Translations under genes and position numbers: made by a program | Origin: Octopus sinensis | Lineage: Eukaryota | Assembly: GCF_006345805.1 (NCBI RefSeq) | Contig: NC_043006.1 | Location: 101,308,001-101,372,000, forward strand | Direction: 5' to 3' | Length of the DNA stretch: 64,000 nt | Shown: positions 1-13,618 of the stretch, one piece after another | How positions within the stretch are numbered: position 1 is the stretch's first letter | Layout: each line of letters begins with the position of its first letter | Notes under the pieces: generated by a model | What the model was told of the DNA's origin: nothing | Databases searched by the model: none | Seen by the model: the letters and a program-made list of their open reading frames with translations, nothing else

Positions 1-930
1 AAAACGAAACAAGAACGTAATGAACGACAATGAAAACATACGGACAGAAGAACGATGCCAAGACGGATAGGTAAATTAGGACGGCACATCCGTGGCTTTT
101 TATTCTTCAGCCAAGCTTCCAGTAATCATTATAGTTTCGGCCTGTTACACTAGAGACTGTTCAAAATTGGTAGGCCCCAAAAATCTAAGCTAAGGGTATT
201 AAATTTTTGGAAGAACGTGAGCGAATATGGTCGACAACACGGACAAAAGCGAGAAAACGGAGAAAATGTTACACGATTCCAAATACAAACAAGAATAACA
301 ACAGGTGTCTTTCGACTAAAGGGACAAGTTAAGTTGAGCTGGTGTGTGAAGTGGAAGGCTTGCGGCAACAAACATAGATGAAAGTCAGGAGACAGAAGGA
401 TAAGGTGTTGTTCGAGCAGCGGGCAGGCCAAGAAAGAAATATCATGCTTGGCTAAGCACCGATCACGTGGGAGGAACATAGAGAGGTAGGGAGCAGAAGG
501 ATTGAAGAATTAGGGAAGGAACTAGAGAAAGCGAGAGAGGGGGGGACAGAGGTAAAGGTACAAGGGACATAACGAAGGAAAGTAGAGGAGTTAAAGGAAG
601 AGAATACCAAGAAATGTGAGAGAGATGGAGCGAGGAAAAGAAAAGACGAAAGTAAGAAGTCGTACAGAATTAGATATATATTTATTTACAAGCTGAGAAA
701 AGGTGTACTTACGCCACTAAAATCCAAAAAAAACGGAACAAGAGCGTAACAGATGATAATGAAAATATACGGACAGAAGGACGATACAAAGACGGACAAG
801 AAAACTAGAACGGAACATTTGTGGTTTTCTATTTTTCAGTCAAGCTTCCAATAATCATTACAGTTTCAACCTGTTACACTTGAGACTGCTCAAAATTGGT
901 AGGCCCCAAAAATCTAAGCTAAGGGCATAA
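1..930. repeat. Diverged direct repeat (1-~200 vs ~730-930), possibly Penelope-like pLTR remnants
   Basis: Both copies share ...aagcttcca(g/a)taatcatta(t/c)agtttc..cctgttacact.gagactg.tcaaaattggtaggccccaaaaatctaagctaaggg. Family assignment is inference only. Confidence 0.5.
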
Positions 931-1091
931 AGCTTTTAAGCTAGTATATTGCTTTTAAGCTACTGACTCCTAATGGGAAGATCTACAAACAGGTCTCTGA
1001 CTTGTTTGGGAGAATTTGTTGCAATTGCTTCCTCCAGAGTTGTAGGTAACGCTATTTGAAGTAGGTTCACAAGCACGCAAAATATTCGTTG

Positions 1092-3470
1092 AGAGTATCT
1101 GCCTTATCCAATACTGGGTGCGGATTTTCTACACCATTGTTCATTATGGGTTGATGTGAGGAGGCAGCAGCTCTTCGACGATACCACCTTCTTATCAACT
1201 CCTATGAAGAATTCTACTGTCGCTCCTGTAAGTCCCTCTTTCTTCGTTGCCACATCAGGAGACCCGTATCATGCATTGCTTGCTTCTTTTCCGGATCTTA
1301 CTGACTTGTCGTTTAAACCGACCGAGCCTGTTCATTCAACAAGAAATTTCATCTCCACGAAGGGACCTCTTGTTTTCCCCGTGGCACTAGACAAGCTTAA
1401 GGCACCTTGAGCTGAATTTGAACATATGCTCCAGCTTGGTCTTATTCAACCATCCACGAGCCCATAGGCATCACCTTTAAACATGGAAAAGAAAAAAAGA
1501 TTCCGCAGATTTCCGAGCAGCTGGGGATTTCAGACACCTCAATGCCATCACTATCCCTGACAGTTATCTCTTACCATATCTTCAGGATTTTTCATCTGCT
1601 TTAGATGGATGTACCGTTTTCTCCAAGATTGACCTGGTACGTGCATAGCACCAAATACCAGTGAACCCGGCAGACATCCCGAAAACAACCGTGACCACTC
1701 CATTTGGCTCGTTCGAGTTCTTATCCATGCCATTTGGACTGCGCAAACCCGCCAGCACTTTCCAGCGGTTCATTGATGAAGTCGTTCATAGGATGGATTT
1801 CGTTTTTGCTCGCATAGATGACCTCTTCATAGCCAGGGACACGGCGGAACATCATCATCAACACCTATCTCAGTTTTTCCAGCGTCTCCGGTTGTACAAT
1901 GTCAAGGTCAACCCTGCAAAGTGTGTGTTTGGTACAACTTCGTTGGAGTTCCTGGGGCATCTTATAGACTCTGAAGGTATTCGGATCCTGCCGGCGAAGG
2001 TGGAAGCGATTCAGCAATATTCACCCCACCACCTCCTTGAAATAGTCACATCATTTCCTAGGGTTAATCAACTTCTATCGTCGCTTCATTTCTCACTGTG
2101 CGGACAAGTTGTTTCCCTTGACTCAGCTTTTGAAGGACAAGAAAAAGAATGATTCTCCTATTTCTCTTTCTTCCGACGTTTTGCAGTCTTTTGAATCCGT
2201 CAAATCTCATATTGTTCAAGTATCTTTGCTTGCTCATCCTATAGCGAACGCAGAACTATCCTTAACCATTGATGCATCAGATATTAGTATTGGCGTTGTA
2301 TTGCAACCGACGTTCAACCACCAGACTCAGAGCCACTTGCGCTTTTCTCACGCCAACTGATACGAGCCGAACGGTATAGCACTTTCGATAGAGAGCTCTT
2401 AGCTGTTTATCTTGCTGTGAGAGACTTCCACCACTTCCTTGAAGGACGAGCGTTCCCGATATTCACGGACCATAAACCGCTCACATTCGCGCTACAATCC
2501 AAGTCGGAGAATTACTCGCCGAGGGCATACAGAAACTCGGACTTCATTTTACAGTTCACCAGTGACAAACGGCATATTGCTGGGTCTGCCAATACACCCG
2601 CTGATGCTTTGTTTTGGTTTCCTCTGTGTTCCATTTCATCTCCTGCTACGATTGATCTGGCCGACATTGCTTCAGACCAGCCTTCTTTGGAATCGCTCGA
2701 CATTCCTTCTACTCAGTTTTCCATTCTGCAAGTTTGAGTACCTGCCACTACCGTCCGCTGAGAGGGACATCCTCTGCGATGTTTCCACTCGTTCACCGAG
2801 ACCGCTCGTTCCTGATCGTCACCGCTGCACCATCTTCGACGCTCTGCATTCGTTGTCACATCCAGGTATTGCTGACACGGTGAAGCTTATCACGGCCCGA
2901 TTCTTTTGGCCTGATATGCGTCGCACAATCACCGTTTGGGCGCGTTTTTGCTTGCAGTGTCAGCGCTCCAAGGTGCATAGGCAGGCTCGCGCTCCATTGG
3001 AACAGTTCAGTACACCGGACACTCGCTTCCGATACATTCATATTGATCTCGTTGGTCCTTGGCTCATCTATTCAGGTTTCACGTACATTTTGACCTGCAT
3101 TGATCGGTTATTCCGATGGCCTGAGGCCATACCCCTGGTAGATATTACTGCCGAGTCTGTTGCTCGAGCTCTCATCTCAGGTTAGATTGCTGGCTGTGGC
3201 GTCCCCTCCAATATCACCACTGATTGTGGACGCCAATTCGAAGCCTCCCTTTTCCGTGAACTGTCATAGTTGCTGGGTGCACAACACATTCATATGACTA
3301 GTTACCACCCAGCTTCGAATGGAATGGTGAAGAGATTGTATAGGCAGTTAAAGGCTGCCCTTCGCATTACCCCAGATCCACAACGATGGACCGAATTTTT
3401 TCCTACTATTCTTCTAGGTTGCCGATCCGCTTTTAAGGCGGATTTGGGCCACTCCTCAACTGAACTCTAG
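1092..3470 (+). pseudogene. pol: Gypsy pol pseudogene (protease C-terminus, reverse transcriptase, RNase H, integrase) with frameshifts and stops
   Basis: YPILGADFL (PR end); DIPKTTVTTPFGSFEFLSMPFGLRKPASTFQR and IDDLFIA (RT); LTIDASDISIGVVLQ and FTDHKPL (RH); HSLSHPG..RFFWPDM..CLQCQ (HHCC), HIDLVGP, TSYHPASNGMVKR (IN). Confidence 0.92.
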
Positions 3471-4036
3471 TACGGTACCATTTTGGCGCTTCCTGGCCGA
3501 ATGCTGGCACCAGACGACTCACCGCATCCGGATCCTGTGTCGTACATCACCAGACTTCGTTCTTACTTCGCAGATCTGCCACCCATGGCACCACGTGACC
3601 AATCTTCTGTTCCTGCGGATATTTCTACATGGACACATGTTTTTTTGTTTTTTGATTTTTGCTTTGACACTCACCAAAACTTTTCACCGTGGACATTAAA
3701 CGGTCGGAAAGAGACTGTATCTATTGAAGAGTAAAGAAGGCTTTCTCTGAAAGTCTTATTTCACTACCTGACACACTCGCTCCATCAACAACAGCTTCAC
3801 ACCAACCTCAAACATCCTTACATGCTTCCAAACAACATTCTCAAACACCACATTCCACTCCACCTTATGTCATATGCATTGTTCGCATTGCCATTTTCCA
3901 TGATTTATCCCTTTCCCCACGCTCTTTGTGTCTCGGCTCCTCCTTGTGTAACATGGGCGTTCACCTGTTTCCTTGCTTACAGTTTTACTCTCTGTCTGTT
4001 CGACCTTTTCACCCACTTCGGTCTGGGGGAGGGTAA

Positions 4037-4568
4037 TCTAGGCAATGCTGTTTGAAGCAGGTTCACAAGCTCGCAAAGTATTCGTTGGACATCAACGACA
4101 GTTATCTCTCCTGACCGAACATTCTAGAATATTCCGAATGAACGTAATTAGCTCCCCTTTTGCTGACTTACTAGGCATAACTGCAAAACGACACACAGGA
4201 AGGCGTCAGTAGAACATCGCCTGTTCCCGTTCGAACTTTCTCTTTTTCTCTCTTTTCTGCGACACAACAAGGTCAACTTCGGAAAGAGGACCAGGCACAT
4301 GAATTCGATATTCAATTCCTACCAGCATCTCGCTATGGTATTCTACGTCCAGTGTCTGTGGAAAGTAAATCTTGAAGCTCGATTTATTTCTATTTTCTCA
4401 ATGTTATCATGGAACATAGAAAATTGTTCAGAACCTTTTCTTCATCTCTGATAACTTTATTCAACTTTGTGTACCAACTGTATGAGTTCGTTTGTTACGC
4501 ATCTGAATAAATCTTGGACACGAGGTTGTCCATGCACAGATACGAGTGTTGTTGTTACTTACTGCACA
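4037..4568 (+). repeat. Gypsy 3' LTR (~530 bp)
   Basis: Starts a few nt after the PPT, matches the 5' LTR start, contains AATAAA near 4505 and ends in ACA. The right boundary is inferred from TGT..ACA termini and an imperfect 4-bp TSD. Confidence 0.7.
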
Positions 4569-4999
4569 GAGGTATTTCATGGCCATTGGATTAACGACTA
4601 AGTCCAATTATTAAAGCGTTTTCATTAGCGAGATCCCTCGCTAAAGAGTCATATGCCAATGATCATCATATTCCTCGCAAAATTTCACGTGAAAAAATCG
4701 CCGCAAATAATCGCTGGATTTTGCAATTAATTTCGATTATTCCCAAAATTTAATTCCAAGTAATAAAAATTGTTATCGTACAAAAAGAAAAAAAAATCGT
4801 TGCAAAAAATCACGTAAAAAAATCTCCGTAAGCAATCGCAATAATGAAAACTTGGTAATCCCAAATTTCAAGATTGCGGGTTCGGATTCGGCCCGGAATG
4901 TTTTTAATTTACTCACGGCCTGATTCCAAAATGGTACGATACGTTGGAATGAGGCTTCTAGGAGTAAAGCTGAAAAAGTGTGACCCTGACATTCGCATT

Positions 5000-5040
<41 letters not shown>

Positions 5041-5044
<4 letters not shown>

Positions 5045-5200
5045 AACGTGGAATAGATGAAACAGGGACAACTGATGAAGGGGAATATTCTTTATGTTGT
5101 ATGTCTCGTTTCTCTGTTTTTTTCGTTGTTCGAAAAAAAGTTCGTTTTCTATGTTTTCGTTTCTCATTGTGTTTAACATTTTCTGATGTCCTGTACCCAT
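5041..5200 (+). repeat. Dispersed microsatellite-adjacent repeat (second copy 27622-27785)
   Basis: (TA)n-tcGAAAC..agggaca.CTGATGAAGGGGA.t.ttc.tt..tcctgtac.ca is shared by both loci. Confidence 0.6.
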
Positions 5201-5206
5201 ATATGC

Positions 5207-5259
<53 letters not shown>

Positions 5260-5474
5260 ATAATTTATATGAAATAGAAAGATGAATAATCTTGTTGCAG
5301 ATTAATCAAAAGTTTAACCGGTACCTTGGTAGCAAAAATCACAGCAGAAGACAGCACGGTTGGAGGTACAACCATATGGTGTTGCAACCGTGCGTTGGTG
5401 CGGATAAATTCACTAATAATATATATATATATATATACATATATATGTAGGTATGTACATATATGTATATATGC

Positions 5475-5543
<69 letters not shown>

Positions 5544-5680
5544 TATATATAGCTATGCTCTAACGTTAAAGGGAGTAGATAAAATAAATCTAACTCATTT
5601 CTCTATCACGCAAAATATTTCATTAATTATAATCTACGTAATTGTATTCGACATTGATTCACTTCATGTTTTAGTAACAA

Positions 5681-6076
5681 CTAGCAGTATCGCCCGGCGT
5701 TGCTCGGATTTGTAAGGGAAATAACTATATAAGCATTTTTAGAGATGTAAAGTATAATAGCCATCTCAATATGGCTAACCACAAAGGGGGGGGGGTTACT
5801 GTAGCTTTTTACGTTCTGAGATTTAATAATAAATTTTTAGAGAGTTACTTCCCTTATATATGCCAAAAATGCATTAAAAATGGGAAACATTTATGGTAAA
5901 TTTTTTTAAAATCGTAGACTCATCGTAGACGCGCGCTAATACCCAGAAGGGCTCGATATGAATCACGACTATAAGATACCCGGTTTTGGTTAAACTGCAC
6001 CGCAAAATGTGGGAGTAGTTAGGAATCTAAATCGTAGGAGACAGACAGCACCCAACCTCACTTTTATATATAAAGA
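5681..6076 (-). mobile_element. Non-autonomous Helitron, copy 1
   Basis: On the minus strand: A|TC 5' end, 3' CCGAGCAACGCCGGG hairpin followed by CTAG|T. Homologous to 45256-45657. Confidence 0.85.
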
Positions 6077-7143
6077 TATTATAATGAATGAAATTTACAG
6101 CTACTAATATAACTGTGATGTGATGAAGATGAAACGTCAGAGGATCACCTAGTGTCAGGGAGTTTATGACATCAGGGATTGTTTTGGTTATTCAGATGTC
6201 AGCGGGCACCAACACCTCACAAGAGATTGAGCAGACAGTTTAAAACCCGGGATGTTGATCAAATAAAGTAATGACTCCAGAAAGTTCTTCCCTAAGGCCA
6301 TGTGATCAATAATGACCTTGGAAGCCCCAATTTTACTAAATTGGTTTTTAAAAAATCGTAAAGGCTCCGATTGGGAAAAATGTGCTCGTGACAAGGGGTC
6401 GCTCCCTTTGCTTCCCTATTAGCTCCGTCACTGATACATATACAGAGCAATACCTTGATAGATGAGTTAATTTGTTCTCGGAGACCGCCCGCAAAGTGAA
6501 AACTAATAAAGTAGAGCAATAATTTCCCATAGTAGCAATGTTATGAATCGTAATTGGTTCCCAGAAAAATATTTTACCTATAAAATTCATAATACTCGCA
6601 AATAAATGGCAATAAAACAAAAGTAGAACATAAAAGAATATTTTATGTAAAGTGAAAAGAATGTCAAGATCATTTATAATTAATTCTTTTATTGACCACA
6701 AAGGCTCACATAAAAACATGAAAAATCATTCATAATAAAAAAATATTATTATTATTATATTCGTTTTCTAAATCACTTTTACTCGCATTAGACTCGCGTA
6801 CTCCATCAATTGTAGACGCGATCGCCGATTCACAAGCACTCGTATATATTTTTTAAAAAGACAAGCCTAGAGTTGTTTGCTTAGAAGAAGCTTTTTTCGC
6901 TCTTTATAAATTTCTCGGTAACACACAGAAGCATTTGTTTGGTAGCAGAAACTTTTGTCCTTCGTTCAAAATTTGGGTCTTGTGCTTGAAAATTAAACTC
7001 GTAAACCCGGGGTCTCGTACGGCTGATCCTCGTAAAGTGAGGTATTATTGTATATGCAAGATATGTGCATGTGAGTTGGTTGTCGTAGGATCCTCATTTT
7101 CGATGAAAAAATACGTGTAGGAGTGTTCTTAATTTGGATGGAA

Positions 7144-7507
7144 GCACTCCGTCGGTTACGACGATGAGCGTTCCGGTTGATCCGATCAACGGAACAGCCT
7201 GCTCGTGAAATTAACGTGTAAGTGGCTGAGCACTCCACAAACACGTGTACCCTTAACGTAGTTCTCGGGGATATTCAGCGTGACACAGAGAGTGACAAGG
7301 CCGGCCCCTTGAAATACAGGTACAGCAGAAACAGGAAGTAAGAGTGAGAGAAAGTTGTGGTGAAAGAGTACAGCAGGGATCACCACCATCCCCTGCCGGA
7401 GTCTCGTGGAGCTTTAGGTGTTTTCGCTCAATAAACACTCACAACGCCCGGTCTGGGAATCGAAACCGCGAGTCCGCTGCCCTAACCACTGGGCCATTGC
7501 GCCTCCA
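7144..7507 (-). mobile_element. tRNA-derived SINE, family C
   Basis: Minus-strand head GGAGGCGCAATGGCCCAGTGGTTAGGGCAGCGG..GTTTCGATTCCC (A and B boxes). Highly similar copy at 56935-57296 on +. Confidence 0.85.
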
Positions 7508-8007
7508 CGTTCTTGATTTGGGTGTATGCTGACTTGTCAGGAAGACCATCACTCTACTGTCTCCGAGATATCCTCTGTGGCACAAGTGAAATGTGAAAAG
7601 TGACAGGATCAGGTAGTGAAACAGCATAAGACTGCCCCCAGCCCAGGTATTGTTTGAGCTACGCCTTCGTAGCTAGTCAGTCTGGTATTGCCCTCTTCCG
7701 CCAGTTTTGCTGTTGAGATCATATGTCTTCATCTACTTTTTCCGATGTTGGGGACTTCGGCTATATTTTTCTTTTATTTTTCTTCGAGATTTTGTCCGTC
7801 TAAATCCACCCAGATGAAGTAAAACTGGCTCTCCTGGTGAAGATTTTAGCTAGGACGGTCTTCCTTCTAAAACCAGAGGTTCACATCGTTCTCTGAACGT
7901 GACTGACCGTCTAGGTGCGGGAGGACCAGTCTCTGAAGTGTATGTGTGTGTATATATATAAATAAATAAATAAATATATGCATATACATACATACATATA
8001 TATATAC

Positions 8008-8070
<63 letters not shown>

Positions 8071-8175
8071 ATATTATTAATAATGATATGACAATAACAG
8101 AATGAATGATCCCTCGATATTATGTAAATAGAAGAATTTATCTGTAAATGTAATATGTGACAATTATTCGGTTGG

Positions 8176-8238
8176 CATAATAAACTCCGAGTTTCGGATG
8201 TCGGGGCGGAAATGGGCTCCGGCATCTCGTCAGTTATG
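8176..8238 (-). ncRNA. Degenerate hammerhead-like motif in an inverted Penelope pLTR
   Basis: Minus strand: CATAA-CTGACGA-GATG..CATC-C-GAAA-CTCGGAG-TT-TATTATG. Core intact, near-palindromic stem III (ACTC-G-GAGT), stems I and II imperfect. Confidence 0.45.
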
Positions 8239-8574
8239 AAGACAATCAAAAAATGCTATGAAAATGATCGTTAAACAAAAGGAAATTACTATGTAATTGA
8301 CCGTTATTAAGACAAAGGAGCTTTTAGAATGACTGTTAAAGAAGGAGGAAAACCGGAGGGGAGAAAGTAAAAAAGTAAAATGCTCATAGGAATCGCGTAT
8401 GCGTGCATGTACATATATACACATGCGCACACGCACACCCACGTACATGTGCCTATATGCATATGCTCACTCACACTCGCGCGTGCACACATGCACGTGC
8501 ACCTATATTTGCACATATATATGCCACCATACATATACACAAATAAGTATCCGCACACACACGTGCACATACCC

Positions 8575-8950
8575 ATCATTTATGAAGCTACCGTAGACTC
8601 TACAACCACCAAGGACACAGTTTCGTCGAAGAAATATGTGGGTCTTACAGAAGGGAATTTTAAGGTCAGGTTCAACAATCACACCTTGAGCTTCAGGCAC
8701 TGGGATAAAAGAAAAGCGACTAAATTATCCAGTCATATATGGTCCTTAAAAGATAAAGGTGTCAGTTACAAACATCCATTGGAAGATCTTAGCCAACGGC
8801 AATGGAAAGTGCGATCTTTGTGATATGGAAAGATGGCTCATCTGGAAAAGCAGCTTAGACCCTGCTACATGTCTAAATTCAAGAACTAAACTTTTTGGAT
8901 CATGCCCACATACGGCTAAACATTTGTTACGTTTTTGGTCCCCCCACCTC
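8575..8950 (+). pseudogene. Penelope-like element GIY-YIG endonuclease C-terminal remnant
   Basis: IIYEATV..KKYVGLTEGNFKVRFNNHTLSFRH..KLSSHIWSLKDKG, frameshift near 8771, then IHWKIL..CDLC..LNSR..SCPH. Flanked by inverted repeats ~8441-8540 and ~9215-9315. Confidence 0.85.
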
Positions 8951-9601
8951 AAGATCACAAATAGAACTTGCTTTTTATATTGTATCCACGAAAAGCATTT
9001 TATCTCTATATTTTTATATATATTTTTTACATATTTTTTTACATATATATATATATATTTTATAGCTTTATATATTTTTACATATTTTTTCTGTATTTTA
9101 CCTTTCATCCTGCATTTTTCTTGTGCATGTGCGTATATAGACGTTTATATGAACATTTTTGTGCGCGTATGGCTATATATACGTGTATGCGTGTGTGTGT
9201 GGGCATGTATATGTGTACATGTATATGTACATGTGTATGGTTACATATATATGTGGGTGTCCATGCATGTGTTTCACGCGTGTGTGAGTGAGCATATGCA
9301 TATATAGCACGTGCGTATTTTAGCCGTGTATTTGAATGCGTGAATGTATGTTTGTATGTGTCTCTTACTATATGTGACTGTATGTGAGAGTGTATGTGTG
9401 TGTATCGTCACATTTTGTATATGAATGTGTCTGTGTCTGTGGGTGTTTGCGCATTCGTTACGTACGTTTTTAAACGTACGCTCACACATCTACACACACA
9501 CACACACATATAGTTAATCCAAACAAGAAAGCACAAAAAACACAACAACACGAGGACGTGGAACAAATATAGTATTATTGGACGCTCAGGAAAGAAGGAA
9601 G

Positions 9602-9636
9602 GTTTAACGTTTCGAGCGGAGCTCTTCGTCGGAAAC
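9602..9636 (-). ncRNA. Minimal type I hammerhead-like motif with CCGACGA core (host repeat ~9505-9708)
   Basis: GTTT-CCGACGA-A-GAGC(tcc)GCTC-GAAA-CGTT-AAAC; 35/35 identical to 39286-39320. Confidence 0.65.
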
Positions 9637-10295
9637 ATAGGAGAAGGAAAGATCCAGAGAAGGGAAGACAGAGGGGAAAAAATCGCCAACGGTACACAGG
9701 CGGTCACATTTTGTATATATATATACATATGTGATGAGAACGGGTGGAAGTGAAACTCTTGATAAAAATCAATTTGGTGACACGCTCAGGGTATATAAAA
9801 ATGCACATCTACCGTTCAATTACCCGTTCATAATTATCGCAGCAGTTGCAAGGTTGGAAGGTACTTATAATTTGCTTATATTTGGTTAATATACACTGCA
9901 TACAAAAATACAGACATACTACATACATACAACTGCTTACAAAAATAGAGAGTAAAGTATGTTTTTTTTCTGTGTTCATAGTTTTTTTTATTTACAATAT
10001 TGAAAACCATATGCCACCAAAGAAAGGCAAAGTCAGCCTCGGCGGAATTTGAACTCAGAACAGACGAAATACTGCCCACTACAAAAATCGAACTCAGGAC
10101 ACATAGCAACATTACGTCACAATAACTTTACCCCAACCAGTCCAGCTCTCTTTAATACCAAAATACATCAAAACGGAAACGGATCCCATAAAATTCAAAA
10201 GCTCACTGCACAAATTTCTTCAAACAGTCCCTGATATGTCTCCAACAAAAATAACCCTTTGCTAGAGTGGGCTATGGTGCCCCATATTTGACTAA

Positions 10296-10375
10296 ATGAC
10301 TTCACCGTGTGGTGCTATTAAGTTAGACATGGCCTGGGCCTATACTGGCCGAAACCTGTCAAAGTTATCAAAGTA
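10296..10375 (+). repeat. Short dispersed repeat (second copy ~13627-13702 on minus)
   Basis: ggtgctattaagttagacatggcctgggcc.ata.tggccgaaacct.tcaaag occurs at both loci next to (TA)n. Confidence 0.65.
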
Positions 10376-10392
10376 TATATATATATATATAT

Positions 10393-10886
<494 letters not shown>

Positions 10887-10957
10887 ATATATATATGCAC
10901 ACATATATATATACACACGCATATATATATATATATAATATATATATATTATATTTA

Positions 10958-10996
<39 letters not shown>

Positions 10997-11730
10997 CATT
11001 TATATATATATTATATATTATATACTTTATATATAGTTATATATATTATATATATATATATATATTATACATATATATACATATATGTATGTATGAGTAC
11101 ATATATATATATATATTTATGTATGTATGTATATATATAAATATACATATATATGCATGTATATATAGACATATATAGATATACACACACATAAATATAC
11201 GTATGTGCGTGTATATATATTTATGCACACATATACATGCCTACTCTACTGATTTCTACTTATCTATTAACGTTAATATACATAAGTGCAGGCGAGGAAA
11301 TTCAGGAACGAAAGTTCATATGTCAAAAAGTACAATTGGTAGAAGAGTACACATGTCTCTTAAATAGACAATGATGCAAAAACAGCCTCTCATTTTTCTT
11401 TTTCTCTTTGCAGCCTTTATTTACCGTTGCTCTCTCTCCTCTTCGTAATTCTATCTCGTAATCACGTTCTCCGTCTTTGATGCCTGCATTATACTCCTTG
11501 CTCTCTATCTCTGTCTCTCCCTCACTCAGTTTCTTTCTGTTTGTGCCCTAATCATATTAAGTTATTCGTCAGTCTGTCTATCTAACTATCTATTTATCCA
11601 GAGTCTATCCAACGAACTTACAATCCAAATTTATCTGTCCATACATCTATCAACCTCTATTCATCCATCCATCCATCCATCAAGCTTCCTATAAACCAAT
11701 CTGCACGTCTAGTTGTCCAATTCCGCAGGT

Positions 11731-11764
<34 letters not shown>

Positions 11765-12364
11765 CTTTCTCGCTGTCTCTCTAACATTCTCTCTCTCTAT
11801 CTCGGTTTTCATGTCATTTTACACTTCTACCCACGGGCACAAGCAATCGATACATCGACTTACAATCACTGCCAAACCCACCCTCTTTCATTCTCCTTTT
11901 TAATACCTACCTGCCAATCTTCCAGTCCCTCCACATCCATTCAGCAGGCTGTTGGATTATTATGTATATACGTCTTTTACTATCTTATTCATTGATTAAA
12001 TCAACATTCATTGCAATAAACCACTTGGCTATCAATCCATCCATATGACTGTATATAATCCAATCACATCTATTCCCATTACCGTCTATACGCGGAAACA
12101 CACATCCATACATGCACATGTTCGTCGAATTTTGTGCAATCTGTACTGGTCCTTTCTAAGCGGCTATCGTGGTTCGAACTACACCGGTTCTCGCATCCCC
12201 TCTCTTCACAACCCACGAATGCTAATATGTTAGAAGAGTCTTTAAAGTGGAAATTCTATTGATGTTTGGCTTCTAAGAGTTAATATGTATTGCCGGGCCG
12301 GTGTACAGCATCGTACTCTGACGCCTATTACCAGATACAGATACACACATACTCATACTTCCCC

Positions 12365-12410
12365 CTCTATCTATCTATCTATCTATCTAGTTCTATCTAT
12401 CTACCCATCC

Positions 12411-12479
<69 letters not shown>

Positions 12480-12496
12480 GTTCTATCTATCTACCC

Positions 12497-12557
<61 letters not shown>

Positions 12558-12578
12558 GTTCTATCTATCTACCCATCC

Positions 12579-12635
<57 letters not shown>

Positions 12636-12656
12636 GTTCTATCTATCTACCCATCC

Positions 12657-12689
<33 letters not shown>

Positions 12690-12710
12690 GTTCTATCTAT
12701 CTACCCATCC

Positions 12711-12755
<45 letters not shown>

Positions 12756-12776
12756 GTTCTATCTATCTACCCATCC

Positions 12777-12845
<69 letters not shown>

Positions 12846-12912
12846 GTTCTATCTATCTACCCATCCATCTATCTATCTATCTATCTATCTAGTTCTATCT
12901 ATCTACCCATCC

Positions 12913-12977
<65 letters not shown>

Positions 12978-12984
12978 CCCATCC

Positions 12985-13057
<73 letters not shown>

Positions 13058-13085
13058 GATAGATAGATAGATAAATAGATAGATA
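12365..13085. repeat. Compound (ATCT)n microsatellite with higher-order interruptions, flipping to (AGAT)n
   Basis: 8 full copies of CTAGTTCTATCTATCTACCCATC separated by variable ATCT runs; strand switch at TCTAGA near 13057. Confidence 0.95.
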
Positions 13086-13541
13086 ATACATACATAGACG
13101 TATATGTAGATATATAGATAAATGTGTTGTGTGCGTGTGTGTATGTATGTATGTATGTATGTATGTATGTATGTATGTATGTATATGTAGATAATCTTTC
13201 GGTAAAAGTTTATGACGTCAATAGTGAGTGTGTGACATTGTCTTTCATCTGCTAGACAGAGCAGAACTGTCAAACACATTGTCGTATGCACACTCACTCA
13301 TGGCTAACATAATATACTAATACCGAAACACTGCCTATGTATGCACGCATGTATGTATGTATGTATGTATGCAGGTATGCATGCAGGTATGTATGTACAC
13401 GAGCGAGCGTGTATCACAAACCGAATTTTGGCCTGACGGGGCCAACTTTTTCTTGAATTGGAGGTTTCTGCAATCTACCCAAGGTACTGAGTTCTGTATC
13501 CGACAATTTTCGTAAACATATTTTATAAACCTATATATATA

Positions 13542-13618
<77 letters not shown>

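Larger units (their letters stand above)
1041..4568 (+). mobile_element. Decayed Ty3/Gypsy LTR retrotransposon, internally deleted
   Basis: 5' LTR start TGTAGG (1041-1091) matches 4037-4087 at 44/51 nt. Polypurine tract GGGGGAGGG at 4025-4033. 3' LTR ends ..TGCACA (4568), flanks GAGT/GAGG. pol order is PR-RT-RH-IN. Confidence 0.9.

Noticed and set aside
90-160. Hammerhead on the minus strand (GAAAC .. CTGAAGA)
   Set aside because: The halves are in reversed order and no supporting stems were found in either copy.
10325-10365. GGCC-N6-GGCC-GAAACCTGTC as a hammerhead
   Set aside because: Only the 3' half is present; there is no CUGANGA upstream in either copy.
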